A stretch of 46,735 nt of DNA, from positions 1 to 46,735 of the forward strand of contig DATDKX010000292.1 in assembly GCA_036519615.1 (NCBI GenBank), given 5' to 3'. This document shows, in pieces, positions 1 through 7,515 of this stretch. A program made the position numbers and the translations under genes. Position 1 is the stretch's first letter, and each line of letters opens with the position of its first letter. The notes beneath the pieces are model-generated. The model saw only the letters and a list, made by a program, of their open reading frames with translations. It did not search any database and had not been told where the DNA came from. The stretch comes from Propionibacteriaceae bacterium (GTDB taxonomy: Bacteria > Actinomycetota > Actinomycetes > Propionibacteriales > Propionibacteriaceae).

Positions 1-463
1 CGGTCTCCCATTCGGCGCCGAGAGTCGCCCAACCCGGATCGCTGAGCCATGGCGTTGCTGCCGGTGGACGTAGGCCGGCGAGTGCGGGTTCACCCAGCCA
101 TACCCAGACGAAGACTCCATCCTCGTGAACGGGGAATGCCCGGACCCGGGCACCAACCGGAATCTCGCTCTGGGTCGGCACATGGACGCAGAAGCCGCGA
201 GCGTCGTAAACGAAACCCGTGTAGCCAGAGACAATGCGATCGCCGTCGAGGTGACCGAGGCTGAGCGGATAGGGCCGGTGCGCACAACGGTCCTCGAGCG
301 CAATCGAGGTTCCGTCCGTCGTACGGAACAAAACGACACCCGTTCCAAGGACGCGGCGCCCAAGCGGTTCGCGGCCAACCTCGGAGTTTGCGGCCACCGC
401 GTACCAACAATTGTGTGGATGCATCCCAAGTCGATCACTGCGGCCTGAGGATTGCGGGCTCAT
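1..463 (-). CDS. Rieske non-heme iron oxygenase alpha subunit, VanA-like (5' part only, runs off the window); Rieske motif degenerate
   Basis: Not in the ORF track. Manual translation from ATG at 463 (GGAGA RBS upstream): MSPQSSGRSDRLGMHPHNCWYAVA...VLFRTTDG..IALEDRCAHRPYPLSLG....IVSGYTGFVYDARGFCVHVP....VRAFPVHEDGVFVWVWLG, open to position 1; directly downstream of a VanB-type reductase. Confidence 0.85.
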   Translation of the reverse strand, partial: MSPQSSGRSDRLGMHPHNCWYAVAANSEVGREPLGRRVLGTGVVLFRTTDGTSIALEDRCAHRPYPLSLGHLDGDRIVSGYTGFVYDARGFCVHVPTQSEIPVGARVRAFPVHEDGVFVWVWLGEPALAGLRPPAATPWLSDPGWATLGAEWET

Positions 464-482
464 AGATCTATCTCCGTTTCTC

Positions 483-1451
483 TCAGAGATCGAGAACCAG
501 TCGAGGTGATCGGCAGCGTGATACACACACCATCATGTATTCGTTCGAGGCGCGCTCCTCCTCATTCAGGACCGAGTCGCGGTGGTCAACATCTCCCTCG
601 ATCACCTCGGTCTCGCAGGTTCCGCAGACGCCCTCCAGACACGATGCCAAAACGCTCACGCCCGCCTCCCGGATCACTGTGAGCACTGATTTGTCCGGCG
701 GCACTTCAAGGGTTACTCCAGAGCGTTGCAGCACGAGCTCGAACGCCGAATCGGCCTCAGCAGCCGGTTCCTGTGGCTTGGCGCTGAACCGTTCGAGGTG
801 CAGCGAGCCTGGTGGCCACTTCTCACAGAATTTCTCAACTGCGCCGAGGAGACCCTCTGGACCGCAGCAATAAACCAGTGTGTTCAGTTGCGGTGTATCG
901 AGGACGGATTCGAGATCCAGCATTCCCTCCTCGTCTTGCGGAACGATCTTCACCCGATCGCCGTACTGCGCGAGCTCCTCAAGAAAGCCCATCGACGCGC
1001 GTTCCCGGCCGCCATAAAGCAGCCGCCAATCCGCACCCGAGGCATCGGCCTCAGCGATCATCGGCAAGAGCGGCGTGATCCCGATGCCGCCAGCAATGAA
1101 GAGGTACCGCGGGCTCGCGACCAGTGGAAAGTGGTTGCGCGGACCTCGAACCCGCACGATCGAACCCGGAGCAAGGATGACGTGCACCCGCTCCGACCCA
1201 CCCCGGCTGTCCGGCGCGCGCAAGACACCCACTCGCCAGACGTTTGGTTTCGATGGGCTGCCGCACAACGAATACTGGCGGATCAGCTCATCACCGAAAA
1301 CGAAGTCGATATGCGCGCCCGGCGTCCATGGGGGCAGTTCCTCACCATTCGGGTCAGCGAGAGTGAGCGCCACCACTCCGTCAGCGACGATCTGCGCCTC
1401 CCGCACCACCAGGTCAGCCTCGTGCTCCCGGACGATGGTCTGAGTTGTCAT
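483..1451 (-). CDS. PDR/VanB-family oxidoreductase (flavin/NAD-binding domains plus C-terminal [2Fe-2S] ferredoxin)
   Basis: RQYSLC, GGSE, IAGGIGITP, YCCGP, SCLEGVCGTC...MVCVSR motifs. Confidence 0.95.
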   Translation of the reverse strand: MTTQTIVREHEADLVVREAQIVADGVVALTLADPNGEELPPWTPGAHIDFVFGDELIRQYSLCGSPSKPNVWRVGVLRAPDSRGGSERVHVILAPGSIVRVRGPRNHFPLVASPRYLFIAGGIGITPLLPMIAEADASGADWRLLYGGRERASMGFLEELAQYGDRVKIVPQDEEGMLDLESVLDTPQLNTLVYCCGPEGLLGAVEKFCEKWPPGSLHLERFSAKPQEPAAEADSAFELVLQRSGVTLEVPPDKSVLTVIREAGVSVLASCLEGVCGTCETEVIEGDVDHRDSVLNEEERASNEYMMVCVSRCRSPRLVLDL

Positions 1452-1487
1452 GTATCACTCATCCGCCCCACGCTGCTCGGAATCAGC

Positions 1488-1507
1488 ATTGTTTGGATAC
1501 GAACGAT
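1488..1507. promoter_or_regulatory. Palindromic operator copy 1 (ATTGTTTGGATACGAACGAT)
   Basis: 17/20 to consensus ATCGTTTGGATCCAAACGAT; overlaps a minus-strand TATCGT -10-like hexamer upstream of the reductase. Confidence 0.7.
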
Positions 1508-1549
1508 AGCGTCCGAGCCGCGCTCCGGACAACCGGCTGGAGCGACCCA

Positions 1550-1569
1550 ATCGTTAGGATCCAAATTAG
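1550..1569. promoter_or_regulatory. Palindromic operator copy 2 (ATCGTTAGGATCCAAATTAG)
   Basis: 16/20 to consensus; overlaps TAGACT -10 (1567-1572), which ends 6 nt before the GTG at 1579. Confidence 0.7.
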
Positions 1570-1578
1570 ACTCAGGCC

Positions 1579-2301
1579 GTGCGCGCCCTGCTTATTCAGC
1601 ATGATCACATTTGCACTCCTGGCTTCGTAGGAGAGCGGCTGCTCGATCGCGGTCTCGACGTCGTGGTGCACCAAGTGGTGAGGGAAGATCGTTTCCTCTC
1701 GCCCAATGTTGAGGTTGAGTTTCCAGACCCGACAGATTTCGACGCGATCATTCCCATGGGAGCGCCGTGGTCCGTTTATGATCATGATGCAATTGGGACC
1801 TGGGTGCCGGCAGAGCTCACGATGCTGCGTGATGCTCATCACCACGACGTGCCCGTGCTCGGCATCTGTTTCGGCGGGCAAATGCTCGCTGCCGCCCACG
1901 GCGGGTCGGTCGCCCGGTCTGCAGCGCCAGAGATCGGCTGGGTCAACGTCGATTCCGACGATGAATCGCTTGTTCCGTCGGGTTCATGGTTCCAATGGCA
2001 CTACGACCAGTGGCAGCTGCCCGAACGCGCACAGGAAGTGGCGCGCAACGCCAACTCGTCACAGGCTTTCCTCCTCGGTCGAAATCTTGCGGTGCAGTTT
2101 CATCCCGAAATGACCTCCGAGATTCTCGCGTCGTGGATCGCAACTGGAGGTGCCGCGGAAGTTGATCAATTTGGCATGGAACTTGAGACCCGCGTAAGCC
2201 AAACCGCGGAAAGTGATGCTTCCAATCGGGAGCGGGCCCACCGACTGGTCGACCAGTTTCTGGACCGCATGATCGTCCAACCTGAGCCGAGCGGCAGGTG
2301 A
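1579..2301 (+). CDS. Class I glutamine amidotransferase-like protein (probable gamma-glutamyl amide hydrolase)
   Basis: PVLGICFGGQ nucleophile elbow, EIGW, QWH-D, AVQFHPE catalytic His-Glu. Confidence 0.85.
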   Translation: MRALLIQHDHICTPGFVGERLLDRGLDVVVHQVVREDRFLSPNVEVEFPDPTDFDAIIPMGAPWSVYDHDAIGTWVPAELTMLRDAHHHDVPVLGICFGGQMLAAAHGGSVARSAAPEIGWVNVDSDDESLVPSGSWFQWHYDQWQLPERAQEVARNANSSQAFLLGRNLAVQFHPEMTSEILASWIATGGAAEVDQFGMELETRVSQTAESDASNRERAHRLVDQFLDRMIVQPEPSGR

Positions 2302-2522
2302 TCCAAGATTCCGGGCACACCTTCCGACAGGCGACCCTCGCCAACCTCGGCGAAGTGCAATCCATCCATTACCGTGATCGCGGCAGTCCTGAGTCGACGC
2401 GGGCCGCGGTCGAGGGTCATCGGCGTTTGCTGGCAGTGCTTCGTGGCGGTGATTCTGAGGCCACCGTGAGGAGAATGCGTCAGCACTTGGAGGCTGTCCG
2501 CCAGCATCTCCAAATCGGCTAA
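2298..2522 (+). pseudogene. GntR/FadR C-terminal (FCD) domain remnant
   Basis: EGHRRLLAVLRGGDSEATVRRMRQHL resembles the last helices of an FCD domain; no wHTH; only 74 aa. Confidence 0.55.
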
Positions 2523-2530
2523 TCAAATGA

Positions 2531-3796
2531 TCATTTAGCTGTTACGCGGACCGGAAATTTCTTGATCCCGTTGATGAAGTTGCTGCGTACCCGCCTCACT
2601 TCGCCGTTCAGCTCGATCGAGGCGAGTCTGGGGATGAGTTCGGTGAATATGAGTCGGATCTCCATCCGTGCCAGCGCGTTGCCCAGACACACATGGGGAC
2701 TGCCCTTGCCGAAGGTCAAATGATCAACATTGGTACGGGTGACGTCGAACCGATTGGGGTCGGAGAACACCGCCTCATCCCGATTGCCGGACGCGAACCA
2801 CATCACGACCTTCTCACCGGACTTGATTTGCTTGCCGCCAAGCTCGACATCCCGAGTCGCCGTACGCCGGAAGTGGTAGACCGGCGAAGCCCAGCGCAGG
2901 AACTCCTCCACTGCACCCGGAATCAGCTCCGGCTGCTCTTGCAGCAGTTTCAGTTGATCTTGGTTCTCGATCAATGCCAGCATCGACTGACTGATCGCGT
3001 GCCGGGTGGTCTCATTCCCCGCGATCACGAGTAACAAGAAGTAGTTGTCGAAGTCACTCGCCGACAGCGGCTGGCCGTCTTCGGGAACTTTGTTCACCAG
3101 AATGCTGATCAAATCGGTGCCATCGCCGCCTTTGCGTTTTCGGGCGAGCTCTCGGCCGTACTCAAATACCTCGAGCGATGCCGGAGAGCGGAAGGGCAGG
3201 TGTTTGTATTGATCACTGTCGGGGTCTGTAATCAGGTGCTCGGTGTAGTCGGGATCGGTATTGGCCACCATCTGGTTGCCCCAGTTGATCAACATGCCGG
3301 TATCGCTGACCGGTACGTCGAGGAGCCGCACCAACACATTGATCGGGAAGTCAGCGCTGACTTTCTCAACAAAATCGAATTCGTTGTTCTGCAAGGCGTT
3401 GTCGACCGTGACCTTGGTTAAATCACGCAGGAAATTCTCGTAGTTCCGAGCCAGCGGCCCGGGACTGAACTGCCGCATGATCAGCTTGCGCAGCGCGCGG
3501 TGCCGTGGCCCGTCGGTCTCGAGCATGGAGCGCCGCCGATCCATCAGGTCGTCATCGACTTCCTCGAGATTGACGTATTTCGTTGAGGTGTAGGTCTCCG
3601 GATCCCTATCCACCGCATCAATGTCGGTGTATTTCGTCACCGCCCAGAAGCCGCTATTCGGCGGCGCTTCCGGAGTCCAGTGCACCGGATCCTGCGCACG
3701 CAACGTGTCGAACATGGCCCAGCTTTCGTTCCGGGCAAAGGCATCAAGATCGGTGAGATCGACTTGATCAAGTGGTATGGCGGTCGGCTGCGACAC
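2531..3796 (-). CDS. Cytochrome P450
   Basis: I-helix AGNETT, K-helix EEFLR, heme motif FGKGSPHVCLG; RBS AAGGAGA. Confidence 0.97.
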   Translation of the reverse strand: MSQPTAIPLDQVDLTDLDAFARNESWAMFDTLRAQDPVHWTPEAPPNSGFWAVTKYTDIDAVDRDPETYTSTKYVNLEEVDDDLMDRRRSMLETDGPRHRALRKLIMRQFSPGPLARNYENFLRDLTKVTVDNALQNNEFDFVEKVSADFPINVLVRLLDVPVSDTGMLINWGNQMVANTDPDYTEHLITDPDSDQYKHLPFRSPASLEVFEYGRELARKRKGGDGTDLISILVNKVPEDGQPLSASDFDNYFLLLVIAGNETTRHAISQSMLALIENQDQLKLLQEQPELIPGAVEEFLRWASPVYHFRRTATRDVELGGKQIKSGEKVVMWFASGNRDEAVFSDPNRFDVTRTNVDHLTFGKGSPHVCLGNALARMEIRLIFTELIPRLASIELNGEVRRVRSNFINGIKKFPVRVTAK

Positions 3797-3808
3797 GATC
3801 TCTCCTTG

Positions 3809-5161
3809 TCAGAGGTGATAGGCGTATTCGCGGAATTCCCAGTCAGTGACCCAATGGCTAAAGCGTTCAAGCTCATTTCGCTTGTACGTCAGGAAGGTCT
3901 TGACGAAGGGTTCGCCTAGTATTCGAACCATCTCGGTGTCCTCCTCCAGGGCATGCAGGGCCGTCTCAAGATCACCGGGAAGTTTCTCCGCCTTACCCGG
4001 GTCGTACCCGTAGCCCTCCAGCGGTTCCGCCGGAGCCAGCTCATCGTGGATTCCGAGATACGCGGCGGCGAGCAGTCCTGCGATTGCCAGGTAGGGATTA
4101 GCGCTGGCGTCGCCGAGTCGCAGTTCCATGCGAGACGCCCTGCCGCGCTCGGGTGGGACGCGCACCATCGCGCTCCTGTTGTCCAGTCCCCAGTCGATCA
4201 GCCAGGGGGCCAGAGTGTCGGGGCCGAAACGCTTGAAGGAATTGATCGTCGGGTTGCTCACTGCCGACAACGCTGGCGCGTGAGCGAGCACACCTGCGAT
4301 CGCCGACCTGGCCGTCTTGGATAATCCGTCCTCGGTCGTCGGATCGTCGAACAGCGGCTGACCGAGGTCATTCCAGGTGGAGAAGTGAATATGAAAGCCT
4401 GAGCCGCCTTCATCGTTGAACGGCTTGGCCATAAAGGTCGCCAGCTTGCCGTCCTGACGAGCCAGTTCTTGGATGGCGCTCTTGAAGCGGAACGCGCGGT
4501 CGGCGGCGTCCAAAGCTTCGGAGTGCCACAAGTTGATCTCGAACTGTCCGCTGGAGAACTCATGGTTGGCCGCAACAACCTCTAGACCAAAGTCGGAAAG
4601 CTGGCGGAGCGTATGCAGCAGCACATTCTCGGGATCACCCTTCAAACCGGCCACGTACACGTTGCCGGTTGCCTCACCGTACCGCTGCCAGCCAGTGGGA
4701 TTCTTGTCAGTCCGCTCCAGCACGAAAAACTCAAGTTCCGGGCCGACCGTTGGTCGCATGCCCAAATCGGCGAACTGCTCGATCACCCGCTTCAGCACCA
4801 TGCGCGGACTCTCCTGCGAAGGGGAGCCGTCCGGGTTGTAGACGTCGGCAATGACATGGGCAACGCCCTTCTCCCATGGCACGAGCTGGACGGTGCTGAC
4901 GTCGGGGAATGCCAGTACATCGGGCAGGCCGGCCTCGAGCCCACCTTCGATATCGACCACATCGCCCATCGGCGTGGTGCCGTAAACCGAACGACAGAAG
5001 GCCACCCCGTCACCCACCGTACGAGCGAACCGGTTGACCAAGATGTCGCGTCCGCGCTCGGTGCCGATCAAGTCGGCATAACCGACCCGAACAACGTCGA
5101 TGCCTTGCGTGACCAGTTCGGCCGCGAAGTCCTCCAAACCGGTGGTATCAAAATCCGCCAT
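3809..5161 (-). CDS. Glutamine synthetase-like protein (probable gamma-glutamyl-amine ligase, PuuA/IpuC/GlnA3-like)
   Basis: GPELEFF, HEFSSGQFEIN, ATFMAKP, GSGFHIHFS, NRSAMVRVP, ELRLGDASANPYLA; N-terminus diverges from GlnA1; catabolic context. Confidence 0.9.
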   Translation of the reverse strand: MADFDTTGLEDFAAELVTQGIDVVRVGYADLIGTERGRDILVNRFARTVGDGVAFCRSVYGTTPMGDVVDIEGGLEAGLPDVLAFPDVSTVQLVPWEKGVAHVIADVYNPDGSPSQESPRMVLKRVIEQFADLGMRPTVGPELEFFVLERTDKNPTGWQRYGEATGNVYVAGLKGDPENVLLHTLRQLSDFGLEVVAANHEFSSGQFEINLWHSEALDAADRAFRFKSAIQELARQDGKLATFMAKPFNDEGGSGFHIHFSTWNDLGQPLFDDPTTEDGLSKTARSAIAGVLAHAPALSAVSNPTINSFKRFGPDTLAPWLIDWGLDNRSAMVRVPPERGRASRMELRLGDASANPYLAIAGLLAAAYLGIHDELAPAEPLEGYGYDPGKAEKLPGDLETALHALEEDTEMVRILGEPFVKTFLTYKRNELERFSHWVTDWEFREYAYHL

Positions 5162-5247
5162 CCCGGAACCTCCGCGCGCCGACTGTCAGATGTGCTCGCC
5201 TACCCGCAAGCCTGGTCCGAAACCTACGTGTACGCAGGTTTCGAACA

Positions 5248-5267
5248 GTCATTTGGGCCCGAACAGT
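5248..5267. promoter_or_regulatory. Palindromic operator copy 3 (GTCATTTGGGCCCGAACAGT), degenerate
   Basis: 13/20 to consensus; overlaps minus-strand TACTGT -10-like hexamer upstream of the GS-like gene. Confidence 0.5.
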
Positions 5268-5324
5268 ATCGCGTGACCAAGCCTATGGCAAGTGAACGCA
5301 GCGTGCGAGGTGCAGTAGATCGCA

Positions 5325-5369
5325 TTGCTAAAGGATTGGCATCACGAGTACCGTACGGATCCAAACGAT
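5325..5369 (+). promoter_or_regulatory. Putative promoter TTGCTA-N18-TACCGT with operator copy 4 (ACCGTACGGATCCAAACGAT, 5350-5369)
   Basis: 17/20 to consensus; overlaps the -10. Confidence 0.7.
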
Positions 5370-5397
5370 CTGCCTCATCGGCTCTCAGGAGTGCTGC

Positions 5398-6192
5398 ATG
5401 ACCGACGTCAAAGGTTTCTTCTACCCGCGTACCGCAAGCGGCCGGTCATCACTCATCCCGACGCCTCCCTGGTACTACTCAGGCGACTTGCTTACGGTCG
5501 AATACCGTACGGATCCCGCGCGGGTCGCCGAACTGCTCCCGGATCCCCTTGCCCTCGCCGAGGAGGATCCCGGCGCCGTGGCCTTCATCTGGGCCGACTG
5601 GCAGTCCTGCTCATCCTCGCGCGAGGAGCTGCTCGATCCGGTCCGTTCCCAATACAAGGAGGCCTTCGTCGTCGTCCGCTGCAGCTTCGAAGATCAGACG
5701 TTCTCCCGTTGCGTCTACATCTGGGTTGATAAGGACTTTGCGATTGCCCGCGGAATTCATCAGGGCTACCCGAAAAAGCTAGGTTCCATGTGGCAGACCC
5801 GTCCGCATCCGTTTGGGCAGGCTGCACCACAGATCGCAGCTGGCGGAGTGTTCGGTGCCACCCTGGCGAGCGGTGACCGTCGCTTAGCTGAGGCCGTGCT
5901 GACGCTCCAAGAGCAATCGGATACCAACGGCTTTGTCAATGCCCACAAGATGGCCCACCACCGGATCCTGCCCGGCATCGGGTCAGGCGCGCCGGATGCC
6001 TTCTCGGAGCTGATTGAGTCGGGCTCGAGCGAGTTCGAAGGTGGTCAGGCGTGGACCGGCGATGCGGAGTTGCAGCTATTCGATTCACCGACCGAAGAGC
6101 TCTCGCGGCTCACGGTCGAGGAAATCATTGGCGGTTATTACCGGCAAGTCGGTGTCGCCTGGAACGGCGGCCGATCACTGGCAACCCTCTAG
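5398..6192 (+). CDS. Acetoacetate decarboxylase-like superfamily protein (MppR/Sbi00515-like)
   Basis: PPWYY, DWQ, DP-RSQYKE, YIWVD, ARG--QGYPKKLG with the Schiff-base Lys; RBS AGGAG. Confidence 0.85.
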   Translation: MTDVKGFFYPRTASGRSSLIPTPPWYYSGDLLTVEYRTDPARVAELLPDPLALAEEDPGAVAFIWADWQSCSSSREELLDPVRSQYKEAFVVVRCSFEDQTFSRCVYIWVDKDFAIARGIHQGYPKKLGSMWQTRPHPFGQAAPQIAAGGVFGATLASGDRRLAEAVLTLQEQSDTNGFVNAHKMAHHRILPGIGSGAPDAFSELIESGSSEFEGGQAWTGDAELQLFDSPTEELSRLTVEEIIGGYYRQVGVAWNGGRSLATL

Positions 6193-6202
6193 CATGGCGG
6201 TC

Positions 6203-6748
6203 ATGCCCGATCGCCACACTCTTGCCGAAACGGAGAAGGCGATGAGCGCACACATAGGCGAACTGCCACTTAACTTCGCGGCCGCGGCCGCGGTCTCGAG
6301 TCTCTATAGAGCCGCCAACGCCGTTCGGGTATATCTGACAAATTCGGTGCTGCGAGAGCACGGACTTACCTGGACTGGTTTCGTCGTGCTGTGGGTGGTG
6401 TGGATCTGGGATGGGGTGGAGACCCGCCACGCCGCTGAGAATGCTGCGATTTCCAAGGCCACACTTACCGGGGTAGTTAAGACTCTCGAAGCCCGCGGAC
6501 TCATCACGCGGCGAGTTGGCGATACTGACCGACGGCTGGTCAACCTTGAGCTGACGCCGGCCGGGCTGACTTTGATGAAAGAGCTGTACCCCGTTTTCAA
6601 CGCCGCAGAGGCCGAGATTGTGGCGGGATTGTCGCCGAAGGGCCTCACTCAACTGACGAACAGTCTCCGCTCGATCGTCACCGACCTTGAGACCAGGACC
6701 GTCACCGGAGCAGCCGACGATGCCGAGGAGCTGAGCGTTCAAACGTGA
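6203..6748 (+). CDS. MarR-family transcriptional regulator
   Basis: GLTWTGFVVLW...ISKATLTGVVKTLEARGLITRR...DRRLVNLELT-AG wHTH; probable leaderless start after TAGCAT (alternative ATG at 6194). Confidence 0.9.
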   Translation: MPDRHTLAETEKAMSAHIGELPLNFAAAAAVSSLYRAANAVRVYLTNSVLREHGLTWTGFVVLWVVWIWDGVETRHAAENAAISKATLTGVVKTLEARGLITRRVGDTDRRLVNLELTPAGLTLMKELYPVFNAAEAEIVAGLSPKGLTQLTNSLRSIVTDLETRTVTGAADDAEELSVQT

Positions 6749-7515
6749 GCTGACGCGCTCACCCGATGATCGGGCCTTCGCATATGCTCCGCTGTAGCGT
6801 CGACAAAATGCCGGAAAACCTCGGCCTGAACAGGATCCGTTGCTGCCGAATCCTCAGGATGCCATTGCACACCGAGGTACCAGCCCGCGTGATCTTCTAA
6901 CGTCACGGCCTCGATCACACCGTCGACGGAGTACGCCGCTGGACTCAGGCCAGTTCCAAGTGTGGCAATGCATTGATGGTGGTAACAGGAGATGGCAGTG
7001 CGACACCCCACGATCTCCCCCAGCGGCGACTCCTCATCGACATCAAGATCATGTACGCGGTTGCGGTGGTTACCGACCGTGTCGTCCATGTCCTGGACAA
7101 GATCACCGCCGAGCGCGACATTGACAAGCTGAGTGCCTCGGCAGATAGCCAATAACGGGAGGTGGTCGCTGAGTGCGACGTGCGTCACGGCAAGATCGAA
7201 TGCATCTTGTTCTTCATCGACCCCGTACTGGGTCGGGTGCGGCTGCTGGCCGAACCAGCGAGCCGCAACGTCGCCGCCACCTGGCAGCAGCACCCCGTCG
7301 GCAAACCAAATACGCTCCCGCGCGGTATCGACGTCTACTTCATGATCAGGCGCGTACGGGTGCACCACCACCGGCTCTCCGCCGGCTGCGAACACCGCCG
7401 TAACGAGGGCTCGAGCGGTCACTTCCGCTTCGTAGCGGAGGGCCGTGGCGCCGGGAGAGAAACGCGCCGGGATAACGATCAATGGTCGGCGGATGGCTGA
7501 CTGCTTCTCAGCCAT
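6739..7515 (-). CDS. Gamma-glutamyl-gamma-aminobutyrate hydrolase-like protein (peptidase C26, PuuD-like)
   Basis: DGVLLPGGGDV, PLLAICRGTQLVNVALGG, HHQ, LGVQWHPE; start MAEKQ overlaps the upstream ALDH stop. Confidence 0.9.
   Translation of the reverse strand: MAEKQSAIRRPLIVIPARFSPGATALRYEAEVTARALVTAVFAAGGEPVVVHPYAPDHEVDVDTARERIWFADGVLLPGGGDVAARWFGQQPHPTQYGVDEEQDAFDLAVTHVALSDHLPLLAICRGTQLVNVALGGDLVQDMDDTVGNHRNRVHDLDVDEESPLGEIVGCRTAISCYHHQCIATLGTGLSPAAYSVDGVIEAVTLEDHAGWYLGVQWHPEDSAATDPVQAEVFRHFVDATAEHMRRPDHRVSASAHV

Noticed and set aside
3809-5161. Calling the GS-like gene glnA (housekeeping glutamine synthetase)
   Set aside because: Divergent N-terminus and catabolic neighbours (hydrolases, PuuC-like ALDH, P450) favour a gamma-glutamyl-amine ligase; symbol withheld.
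5503-5516. Exact 14-bp copy (TACCGTACGGATCC) of part of operator 4 inside the Adc gene
   Set aside because: It encodes YRTDP residues and lacks the right half-site; probably coincidence, at most a weak auxiliary site.
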